Of a stretch of 64,000 nt of DNA, positions 29,241-40,612 are shown piece by piece. The translations under genes and the position numbers were made by a program. The notes beneath the pieces are model-generated. The model worked only from the letters and a program-made list of their open reading frames with translations, was not told the DNA's origin and ran no database searches. This stretch comes from the human T2T-CHM13v2.0 reference genome, Homo sapiens. The stretch is from NCBI RefSeq assembly GCF_009914755.1, contig NC_060925.1; one strand, 5' to 3'. Numbering within the stretch: position 1 is the stretch's first letter; each line of letters starts with the position of its first letter.

Positions 29241-31589
29241 ATCCCCACATGGATGCCACTTGGAGCCCACGGCAACAGGCCCACATCTCCTGGCCCCTGT
29301 CACCTGGGCAAGTGACCAGAGCCTTGGTGGGTCCCCGGGGAGGCTGGGAAGGTGTGTGCACAGGGTCCACCTGTAGCCCGATGGACAGGATGGTATGGGG
29401 AGACCGACACACTGCAGCCTGGAGACCCCTGGAGGCCTTGATGTTCATCGTGGGCATCAGTCTTGGCCCCTCCCCCTCAGCCTAGCCTCGTCCAAGTCCG
29501 GTCCTGTTCCTGTCCTGCCCGTGTGGAGAGGCGGGGCAGGGCAGGGGGACAAGGGCACCCCAGGGAGCTGGCTGCACTACCCCTCCACCCCCAGTCTGGG
29601 GTGCCCTGGGCTGGGCTGCCCATCTGGGCCCGCGCATGGAATCAGGAGTACATTAGCTGTTCCTGAGTGAGCACTGTTCAGGCCTCCCTGCAGGGGCCAT
29701 CACTCCTGTGTGCACAGATAGGAGGTCTCAGAGTCCCCCGCCCACACCGCAGGAGGAAGCCCAGAGGAGGGGCTGCAGGACCCCCACCCACAAGGGCGTT
29801 CAAGGCATCTCTGCATCGGGTAGGACATTTGGAGGGGAGGGGGATCCGTGAGTCAGAGGCCCACTGGCCCTGGTGCCCCCCAACTCCCATGCCCAGTGAT
29901 AGACCTCTTTGCCTCTTCACCTAGACCTGACCCCTCCCTGCAGACCCCCCTGAAAGCCCCTTTCCTCACCTTGTCCCTGGGACCATGGGACCCCCACCCA
30001 CCCACAACTCTGTTGGAAAGCTCCTGTCCTCCCTCTGTCTACTCCTTGGGAGCCGCCCAAGGCCCCTCTCTTCACCCACCCACCCCCTTCATGGGAACCC
30101 CCGAAGGCCCCCTCCCTCTGTCATCCCCGCTCCTCACCCTACCCTCCCTGCTCTCCTGCCAGCCTCCTGTGGGGCGCTGCCTGTTCCCTGTGCCCTGGAA
30201 GTTCAGGGGCCCAGGTGCAGCAGAGGGCAGGCGGAGGGTGCAGCTGCTGTGAGCAGGGCAGGCCCAGAACTCTGTCTGCACCACCGCTGCAGACTCAAAT
30301 ACATGCCTGTGTGCAGACCACAGGCCAGCTGTCCCATAGGGTCTCAATCTGAGACCCCAGAGGCAGGTGTGGCCCCCCTTTGCAGGTGAGCAGCCTGTGG
30401 TGGGGAGGTCCGGATGCAGGCCAGGCTGAGGTTCCAACCCTCACAACAGGACTCCGCCCTTCCTCCGCCAGGGTTCTGCACACTGTCTGTGCTTAATAAG
30501 TGCTAGGCACCCAGGATGGCCTCCCTGTGACCTTTGGGGCCAGAGCAAAGCCCCTGCCCCAGGGAGATGGGTAAAGAGAGGGCAGCAGGACCCCTTCACC
30601 ACCCCTTGTGACCCTGCAGGGGCTGTGAGACAGGCCCACGTTGCCGGCAGCCCAGCTAATCACATAGACAGCTCCTCACCCACCAGACTCGCAGGCAGGT
30701 CTACTGGCCTCTCCTCAGTAGTTTAACGACCAAAACAGACCCTCCCGGTAAAAAGCCATTTTTTGACTGCAGCCAGGACCCAACCCATGAGCCGATCCCA
30801 CGCTGTTCCTGTTCCGCTGTTCACCCAGAGGCCATGAGTCAGCCATGGTGGCCCGAGGCCAGCTGAGGAGGCAGGCCCAGTCTAGCCTGTGAGAACTTAC
30901 CTGTTGGGGGCAGCCAGTGGCCACCCAACCTGGGCCATTACAGACAAGGGTAGTCAGGGCAGGACTGGACCCCGGGGTGTGGGCAGTCACTCCTGTCTGC
31001 TTACAGGAAGAGCAAAATGGGGTGGGGCCCGTGTCCCCCAACCACTTGGGAAGTAAGCCTAGTACTGTGCTGGGGGGCAAGGGAGTCCCTTGTTCTCAGG
31101 CTCTACCCTGGCCCCAGCCTGTCCAGAGCTGGCATAAACACAGCATGATCTGTAAGCCAGTCAGCACCAGACAGCTGGGGTCCCTCCCTGCGCCCTCCCT
31201 TGTCCAACAGACTGGCTGGGACTCCCCTGTGGCCCTGGGGCAGGCTTGAGGCCAAGGGGACAGTGGGGGGCTCCGTGGCTGCAGCAAGAGCTTAGGCGGG
31301 GCCAGGGGTATCCTGCAGAGGGACCCCCATGGGGCTCCAGGTGGGAGGGTCCCACCCACCAGCTCAGTCACAGAGATAGGGCTGCCTGGATCTCCTGGGA
31401 TTCCCAGACCTCTCCCCTGCCCAGCCTCCCCCACCCGAGACCTCTCCGCTGACCCCTTCCCCGGATGCTCCCTCCCTAGGACTGTTCCCCCCAGGCCTCT
31501 CCCCCACCTTCCCCCAGGCCTATGGTGCTCCCCTCCTGAGCAGCAGAGCCAGCCAAGCTTCTCAGCTCCTAAGTGGGGCTCTTGCGTCT

Positions 31590-33210
31590 TTACAAGTCTC
31601 CCACCCCATAAAAGAGATCACCGCGGAGCTGTCCAGAACCCCTGGAAACAGCTGGGTCGGACGGTGACAGGGTGGGTGGAGAGAGGCGGAACGGGAGCCC
31701 GGGAAGCCTGGGGGTCGCCCTGGGAGCTCCAGACACCCTGTCCAGGACCGGGCAGCTGCAGCCCTCCCCACGCAGGTACCTCCCCACCCACGACCCCGAC
31801 CCCCACCCCGGCGCTGAGCCTCTCTGCTGGCTGCAGGGGTGGGGGGCTGGACAGGCCCTTCCAGGACATCCAGGAGTATCAGGCAGGGTTGACAACAAAT
31901 GCCTGCTGATTAATAACAGTTTGATGGGAATTTCATACGCTGCCTGGATCCTAAACATTCTCCAGGAACATCTGGCTGAGACCGGGCAGCCTGTTTATGT
32001 TCACAATGAGAACATTTTTTCCGACGCAGCCCGCAGCGATTGTCTCCCTCAGAAGCAGCGCTGGGGACGCCCTCCTGGGCCGGGCAGGGGGCGGGGGACT
32101 GGGGCCGGGGCTGCAGCCAGCCAGCCTTCCTTGGGGCCCAACCCCTTCGCCGACCCTGCAGGGTGGGACCCCACCCCCGAGTGGAAGAAGGAACCGGAAG
32201 CCAGGCCCGCGGGCAGGGAGGGTGGGGGCGAATCCCTACCCCACCCGAGGGGAGGGGCCTGAGAAGGGCTTTTCCCCCCCTCTTCCTCCATTCTGCCCCC
32301 TTACTCCTCCCTCTCCAAGATTCCAAATCCCCTTCATCCCATAGAGGGGCTTCCTGGCTTCTGGCCCGCCCGCGGTGCACAGCCTTGCTGGGGGAGGGGA
32401 GGTAGTCAGCGGAGTGGTGTGGGTCACCAGGGAGGGGAGGGGACACCCAGCTGGGGCTCCCAGGCTCACGTCTACGGTGGGGACCGGGCTGTGGGCCCCT
32501 TTGGCCCTCACCTCCCTGGCCTGGTCCAGTCCCTCCCGCCCTGAGCTTAGGGCCTCCAGGGGTCCCTCTGGGGGCGTCCAGGAAGGGGAGGGCAGCCGTG
32601 GCGTGGAGGGCCTTGCGCACCCAGGTGGTGATGAGGGCGGGCGGGGCGCGGGGAACGTGCAGCCAGAGACCGTGCTAAGACCCCGAAGTCGAGCCCTGGG
32701 CAGGGGCGGCGGCACCGTCTGCCCCTCACCCCATCCCCACCGCAGCTAACGTGGCCCGCCCGCCCATGGGGTCAGGGTTTCCAGGCGGCCGGTCCTGCCC
32801 CCGGGGCTGCACCGCGCCACTGTGTGTGGTCCTTGTGGGAGCCACTCATTTATTTTTCTTTCTTTGTCCCTCCTCTTCCTTTTTAATAAAATGCATCAGA
32901 GCGGAGTGCAGACGCCACCTCCGATGTCCTTATAAAACGTGTGCGCGGGTGCTGCGCATGCGTGTGTCGCTGGGGGCTGTAGGCTGGGAGCCTCCGGGAA
33001 CTCCCCTCGCCAGGCCACCAGCCTTCCTACTCATGGGGAGGGGGCGTCGAGCCCAATGAGCTCATGCTGGGCCTTGGAGACCCGTCGACACTTTGCACAT
33101 AAACAGGGAAGCACCGGGTCCCCAAGGCGGTGGGGGCCAGGCTAGGAGGGGATGGATGGTGGCCACCCCCAGGCCTCCCTCCACAGCCCCGAAGGAGCTT
33201 TACGGGGTCC
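31590..33210. promoter_or_regulatory. CpG island with no supported coding exon (orphan CGI; enhancer/promoter candidate)
   Basis: High GC and visibly dense CpGs relative to flanks; GC boxes near 32088 and 32641; G4 motif 32077-32110; TATAAAA 32931-32937; NRF1-like TGCGCATGCG 32953-32962. Confidence 0.8.
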
Positions 33211-33703
33211 ACTATCCTGGGACCTAAGGCCCAGGGTGCCTGTTCTTGGCTGTAACCCCTGCCGGTGGACCATGCTCAGGCAAAGAAGGGGAGGGGCCTG
33301 AACCCACAGCAGCTCAAGGATGAATCCTGCTTCTGTTGGGTAGGAGAAGGGTCGGCCTCTGTGAGCAGGTGTCCCCCACCACTAGGCTTGCAGTGCTGGA
33401 TAATGTGGTCCTGCAGGCCTGTGTGAGGGCCCAGGCCTCCCCTCCAGAGGGGTGCCCAGCACTGCAAGGATGTGGGTGGATGGGACAGGCACTCCCAGCA
33501 CCCAAACACTTGCTCTAAGTGACAGCCCAGGTGTTCCCTGGTGTTTATGTTTTCCTGCAGAGCTGATCTCAGCGCCTACCTGCCCACCACACAGGCAATG
33601 TCAACAAATCCCTGTAGGTAGGCCCAGCCCGGCCTCCCCTGCAGCGCCTCAGGGACCTGCCACCCCCACCGAGTCCAGACACGCACTCAGGCATCCCAGG
33701 CTT

Positions 33704-33900
33704 CAGGTGCCCAGAGATCAGGTGTCCAGGGCTCAGGTGCCCACAGCCCAAGTGTCCACAGCCCAGGTATCCAAGCCCCAGGTGCCCACAGCCCAGGTAT
33801 CTAAGGCTCAGATGTCCACAAGCCAGGCATGCATGGCTCAGGTGTCCACGGCCCAGGCATGCAAGGCCCAGGTGCCCACATCCTGGTGCCCACAGCCCAG
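33704..33900. repeat. 15-bp minisatellite, ~13 copies
   Basis: Consensus caggtgyccacagcc at a 15-bp period. Confidence 0.9.
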
Positions 33901-35874
33901 AGAGCAAGACTGCAGCTGGCGGAGGGTCCTGGGCTGGCTCTTCACCCCCTGACCTGGTCAGGCCAGCATTATCAGGTGTCACCACCAACCGCTGGCCACT
34001 ATCTCCTGGAGGAGCTCTGTCCTTCCGACAGCACTGATAGGGCCATCCTCTTGTCACTCAGCTACAGATAGCATTATCCACCAGCCCTGCCCGCTCCCTA
34101 CCCCCCCACTCCCCTGCCCTACCCATGCACCCAGGAGCCTGGGAGGGCGGGGGCTGCTCCCATGCACCACAGCCCTAGCACCTCCCATGGGAGGCCCTGT
34201 GGCCCACTCCCCTCCCCACTGTAGACCCCTTCCCAGGTAGCTCTGGGGGCTCTGTGGCACCCACGGTGGGAAGGGGCTCAGGGTATGCATCTGGGAGAGG
34301 GGTGAGTGGAGCAGGTAGGGGCTGGTGCTGCCCTGTGGCCTCTGAGGCTTGGCCACTCTCCAGCCTCACTTTCCCCTTCGCTGCAGACACTCACTGGGGG
34401 CAGCCACCTGCTGCACAGAGCCACCCAGGACACTGCCTCCCTCCATCCCCTCCTGGTCTGCCCCTCCCCATGCTCCAGCCACTCTCCCCTCAGATCTAGA
34501 AATGCCACTCCCAGCGACTGTCCCTGCTACCTAGGGCAACCCCCCTTATCCTGCTCTGGGGAGGACCTCTGACCCCTCCTGGCCTTTCTCGAGGGAGCTG
34601 TGGAGCCAGAAGGAAGGCTCAGAGGATGCCGGCAGCCACGCCGCCCCAGTCTCAGTGATGAGGGTGTGGGGAAGAAGGGCTTCCACCATGCCAAAGGCTT
34701 CCAGCAGTCTTTACTCGGGACAGCAGGACAGCATCTGGGCAAGCAGGAAACTGGTCGGCAGGAACCAACCGGAAATTTTAGGGCCCCTTGGAGGGAGTGC
34801 CCCAGAGAGGGAAGGACCAATCCCACCCTGCAAGGCACCCAGGGGACTCTCAAAGGCAGGACGATTCCAGAACCCTTCCCTGGGTCCCTGGCCTCCCAGT
34901 GTCTGTTCCTGTGTCCAGAATGCTGGGTCTGGAAGTCTCAGCAAGGAGAGCCCCCAGCCATCATGGGCAGGACTTGGCAGAAATGACGCTTTTTCTAGAA
35001 GACTCTAACTTGCCTTGGGTCAGAGGTGGCCCAAGGGACCCACAGAGAGAGGCAGAAGGGGTGTGCGTGGCCTCTGAGGCTGCATCACAGAGGCATTGCA
35101 GCTTCGGTCGTTGTCCCGGGGACTGGCCATGTCATGAGGACACTCAAGCAGCACCGTAGAGAGATTCCCATGCAGAGAAACCGAGGCCTCTGGCCAACAG
35201 CTGGCCCCAACTCGAGGGGGCTTGAGCCCATTCCCCTCGCAGATGCCCCGCCCAAGCCAGGCCCCAATCCTGACCCACGACGACCACAGAGGCAGCAAAC
35301 AATGGTTGAACAGAAACCAGTTCACTTGGGTTGGGGGTGCATGGTTATGCGCCCAGAATACATACCCTTAAAGTCTGTTGGCGGATGATTTCCTGGGCAC
35401 CCATGGGTGTGACCTGCTATGCTGCTGGGAAGCTGCCCCAGGGCCCACTGAGGCATACGGGCACACACATGCACACCCAGACACTGATGGCTGTGGGAGG
35501 AAACGGCCCCGAGAGTGCAGCTGCAGCATCCCAGGGCCAGGGGTGGTGCTTACATGTGCCCACTGGGGCACCAGAGGGACTGTCCATCCACTCGCACCCC
35601 AGCCAGGGGGAGGCTCCAGGCCTCCAGGGCAGAAAGAAGAGGGTGGGACCTCAAGACAAAGAAATAGGATCCAGGAGACACCTGCAAAGTCCTTCTGCAG
35701 GTGCGGGGCAGGTTAGGAAGGCCGGAGGTCGTGGGTGTCCTGTTGAGGCCCTCCATGGGAGGCCACAGGTCCAGTGAGCCACCTCTCTGTCCCTGACCAG
35801 AGACAAGGGTACCCAAGGAGGGGATCACTCTCACTTCAGCCACCTTGTCCGTGGCCACCCAAGCCCAGGGACCA

Positions 35875-35925
35875 CCCTGTGTGCAGATGGGGAAACTGAG
35901 GCTCAGAGAGCTGGTGAGAGCTCTG
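35875..35925 (-). mobile_element. MIR core fragment
   Basis: cagatggggaaactgaggctcagagag. Confidence 0.6.
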
Positions 35926-36399
35926 ACTCTATATGGCTTCCTCAGCCCCAGGATCAAGCCAGAGGTGCTCCTGGAGTTTGGGGGAGATGACATACATTTC
36001 TCTGCCTACCCAGGGGGCCGAGGAGCCAGGCCCAGATTGGGCAGGTGGGGAAAAGTCGTCCTGACCCTTCCAAGCAGCGGAAGAAGCTGCACAGACTGCA
36101 CAGGAGGGGATGGGAGAGCCAGCTTGTGCTTAAGCGATGCTCACACACACACCCGTGCACACGTGTGAGCACACACACACACACGTGTGCCTGCCAAGTT
36201 GGCATGAGCTTGGCCTGGGACTCCCCAGCCTGGCCTCCCTCCTTGTACCAGGGAAGGCTCCGTGGGAGGCTGGGCAAGGCCGCCTGCAGCTGCACCCCAG
36301 ACCAGCCCTGGAGCTTAGCTCCCCGGAGGGCAGCCATGGGGGCCGAGCACATGTGCTAGAGGCCCCGCCACCCCCTGCATGGGTGCAAGGGGGACCCCA

Positions 36400-36560
36400 T
36401 GCCTGATTTACGACGGGGCTCCCGCACATGTGTCAAAGACGCCGTGTTAAGCACCGGCATAAAAGTAATATATAGGTGACCACAACATTTTTATGACCTT
36501 CCTCAGCCCAGCCCTGGAATGCTGGGATCCAGCAGGTGAAATAACACACATTTCGGCGGC
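36400..36560. promoter_or_regulatory. Candidate posterior-HOX/PBX/MEIS enhancer
   Basis: TGATTTACGAC 36404-36414; TGTCA 36431-36435; CATAAAA 36458-36464; TTTTATGAC 36489-36497; AT-rich island in GC-rich DNA. Confidence 0.6.
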
Positions 36561-37334
36561 TGCAGCCGCAGTGGCCCAGGGCAGGCAGGGAGTCGGGGAG
36601 GCTGCATCTGGCCTCAGCCCTGGGGGGACCCCGTGTTGGAGTGTGCAGGGTCAGACAGAGAAGGCAGATGCCAGGGTGGTGTTAGGATAGAGGCCTGGAG
36701 GACTCAGGACACACAGCATGGTGGGGCAGCCTGGGTTGTTCTGAGAGAGGGCCACCTGGCAAGGGCTCCAAGTGTCCCTTCCTGTTTACCCTGCACCTGC
36801 TTTCTGCCCCAGGGAATGGGGAATGCAGTGTCCCACAGACAGGCTGCAAAAGAGCCTTCCAGAGCCTACAGCTGTTCTAGGGTTCCCTGTCATCATGGGG
36901 GCCTCATCCCAGGGGAGCACAGCCCTTGAATTTGTGATGACCTTGGGCTGCAGCAGTGGGGAGGCTGGGAATGTCCCCCAAGTGAGCTACAGTTACAGTG
37001 AAGCAAACAGCATGTGCTGCCTGACAAACACACCCACATCATCTCTACCTGTCTTCAAGTAGTAACGGTGAGGAGTCCTTCTAAAGGTGGGGCCAGCAGG
37101 GCCTGAAGGTGCAGCTTGGGGGTCATGGCGGAGGCTGCGTTTGGACCATGAGGACACCGGGCTTGCAGAAATGGCCACAGCAACACCTCCATCAGTCTCC
37201 AGCCTTTCACTGCTTTCACCTCCCATCAGGGAGGAGAGGCCCCCAGGGCTGGGTGGACCTTTGTGATGCAGGTGGGCAGGGAGATGGGAGGTTCCAGGTC
37301 TGGACGAAAGGTGGGCCCAGCTCCCAACCATGCA

Positions 37335-37445
37335 CTCTATCTCTCGTCTCTGCCTCTTGTCTCTCTCTGTCTCTGCCCCTCTATCTCTCTCTGGGTCTCT
37401 CCCTATCTCTCTCTCTGTCTCTCTGTCTCTTCCTCTCTCTCTCCC
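37335..37445. repeat. (CT/CTGT)n low-complexity repeat
   Basis: ctctatctctcgtctctgcctcttgtctctctctgt... Confidence 0.85.
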
Positions 37446-40400
37446 CCAACCTGCTCTTGGAGCCCAGTGCCGGGTAGTCAGGAAGCCCCTGGGGTGTCCA
37501 GGTGGCCCTGCAGGAACCCCCAGGCTGCCAGCCCTGATTGCTTGGTGCAGTCAGACAACAGCTGCTGTTCCACCCAAGACACGGGGGCAGCTGGGCTGGT
37601 GGCCGTGTAGCCCTGTGTGGAGCCAGGCCCTAAGATGGCGCTGGGAGCACAGAGCCCTGGATCCCACCCAGCTCAGAAAGGAGATGGGGAAGGAATTCCG
37701 GGAATTCGCAGGAAGCGGGTGGGAGGAACGAGGCTGGCGGGGCTCGGGTGGGGCTGAAGTGCCTGACTGTTCTCTTCTTCCTGGTTCTCTGAATTCCGCA
37801 AGAGCACATAGTACGTTTATGATCAGAAAAAACATCTTCTAACCCTGAGGCTCCCCTGCCCTCAAGCCAGAGACTGAATACGACTCCTGGTTCCCAAAGC
37901 CTGTGTCCCCATCTCCCCTGCTGACCACCTCCAGCCCAGGCCCCTTCCCCACTCTCCCTCCAGTCACTTCCCCCCTGCAGCCACCCAAGGCTGGCCTCTA
38001 GGCAGTGTCCCATGAGCACTTTCCAGGGAGCTGAGCCAGCGACACCGCAGCACCCACATTTTGGGGTCTGGGGAGGGAAGAGGGGCAAGGGGAAGAGCAG
38101 GCAATGACGGCTAGGGGTCTTTTCCACCTCCAGTCCCCTGAGGGCCATCAGGGTTCTTGGGCTTCCATGCTTGACCCACCAAGAAAGGGCCTCCGAGACT
38201 CAAGTTCTTCTGCCTTAGGGCCCAGGAGCAGCGAGAGAGTGAGGTCCAGGACAGGGAGTGTCTGGGAAGAGGAAGGCCACAGGCTTGAAGGGCCTAGGAA
38301 CCCCCAGCCCCTTTCAAGGCTGCGGTTTGATGCCACAGGAAGGCCACGGTCAGGTCAGAGACACCCCAGCCCTGACTGTGGGTCCGTGCCTGCTGTGCTC
38401 ACCAACCTGGGAGGACAGAAGAGGCCAGCACTGACCTGCCCTCACCCCTAGCTCGGGGGCTGGCTGCATCCCAGAGCCGTCCCATTGCCCACAGGCTAGT
38501 GGGTAGTTTGGGGCAGTGGCCCTGCTGGGTCTCCAGCCCATGTGGCTGGGGGAAGGGGAGTGCTTGCTGAGGAGGAGGAGAATGCAGGAGCTGGGAGGCC
38601 TGAGCCCTGAGGGTCCCCGTCTGGTACATGACCTTTCTGAGCCTGACATCCACAAACCCAGTGGGATCCTCCTTTGGCCAGCACCTCCTCCTGCAGGAAG
38701 CCCCCTGACCATTCCCTTCTTCCATTCGGCTTTCCCCCAGAGACTTTGGGGGTGGCACAGGGGGTTCCCGAGGCCCTCAAGGCACCACTCAGGGGCTGAG
38801 GGTATGTAGGGTGTCCCCAGAAGTCTGCCCCTGCTGACCTCTTCTAGCATAGAGACTGGCTCTTCTGTCCCGGCCGCCCCTCGTGCCACCAGCAGCTCCA
38901 CCCCACCCATCCACCACATTCTCAAACATTCACGGCCTGACTCGGAGGCAGCAAGAACAAAAGCACAAACACAACGCGAAGGGAATGGACTTATCTGCTG
39001 CGGCATCTTGGACATTCTTCTTCTGGACTTTAGAAACGCTGCCTGGAGGCAGTTTCTCTTGGACTGCATTCAATGTTTCCGCAGGAGAAGGGGAGCAAGT
39101 GGGGCGGAGTGACTGCATCCTTTGGGTACTGGCATGGGACAAGGTGGGTGCCCGAGAGCCCTGGAGCACAGATGTCTGTGCACGGCTCTGTGCACCAGCC
39201 CAGGTGCAGGGTGTCCACAGTGCAAGAGCCCACAAGCACACAACCACAATAGGTGTTCGCACACGAGCCCAGGATGTGTGGTGCCTGCAGGCATGTGCCC
39301 AGGACCCAAGGTGTCCACAAACGTACCCATGCCCTTCACATGGACTCAGACACAGGGTGTCCACGATGCAAGCATCCACGCACGTGCCCATGCCACATGC
39401 ACACAACCATGAAGGGTGTCCATACACAAGCCCCGGACACATGGTGCTTGCAGGCATGCGCCTGGGACCTTTGGTTTTCACGAACGCGTCCATGCTCTTC
39501 ACATGGACTCAGATGCAGGGTGCTATGACACACGTGTCCATGCACACGCCCGTGAAGCAGAGTGTCCATACATGAGCCCAGAGACATGATGCCTGCAGGC
39601 ATGTGCCCAGTACACATGGGGTGCACCCACACCCATGCATGGCACCTCCTGCCACTGTTTTCAGAGTCCACAGCTGTAAACACACACATAGATCCCTTTT
39701 CTCTGCTCACAGACCAGGTGGGAGCACATGCTTGTGCTCACAGTCATATGGCAGACAGGTTGGAGAGCACACACTCACACCTGTCCAGGGGCCCACACAA
39801 GCAACCTCCGTGACACATCTACCCCCAGGCTTAGAGGGTGGGAGGCCTTCCGGGCTTATGGAGGGGGATGGGGCACAGGGGCTGGGGCTGAGGCCAGGCT
39901 GCTGCAGGACCGTGCCCCTAGACGCTGGGTAGGCTGGTGACTCAGGGTTAGCATGGCAGCCAGAGTCATCTACCCTTCCACTCACCCATCATGCTGTCAG
40001 CCAGGACAGTAGCATTCCTGTTGCCACCGGATGGCCCATCAACAGCATGGAGACACGGGGTCATCCCCTGGACTTGCTGCCATGCTCTCTGTGAGGAAAA
40101 AATTCCTCATGATGCGTGTTAACGTCAGTGAGGAAGACTGCACCAAGGCACATCACGTGGGTGTGGGCCCCTGCCTTGGGGCCTTGGGGGAGATGGGGCT
40201 GAACCCCGACACAGCAGGGCAGTGGGTGGGGAAGCCGAGGAGCAGCATGGGGTCGGTGTGTGGGAATGACTGAGAGGAGACAGCAGGGCTGAGGGGGGTC
40301 TGGCTAAACCCACCTCACAGGGTCCTTGCTGCAGGCAGGCAGGGTGATCAGACATCACCTGGGGACAGTGGAGGATAAGGGACCCCATCGGATGTCATTG

Positions 40401-40478
40401 AGGGTGAGCAGATATCCAGGGTGTGGGGTTCTGCCTAAAAGGACTAAGTCAGGTTCTTTATAAAATTGGACCATGTAA

Positions 40479-40612
40479 GCCAGGTGCAGTGGCTCATGCC
40501 TATAATCCCAGCACTTTGGGAGGCTGAGGCAAGAGGATCTCTTGAGGCCAGGATGGCGAGACCAGGCTGGGCAACATAGCAAGACCCCATCTCTACAAAA
40601 ATGAGAATAAAA
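40479..40612 (+). mobile_element. Alu left monomer (FLAM/AluJ)
   Basis: gccaggtgcagtggctcatgcctataatcccagcac...ccccatctctacaaaaa. Confidence 0.88.

Noticed and set aside
33452-33952. 166-aa ORF with AQVxT pentapeptide repeats
   Set aside because: Explained by the 15-bp tandem repeat; non-ATG start; no other coding evidence.
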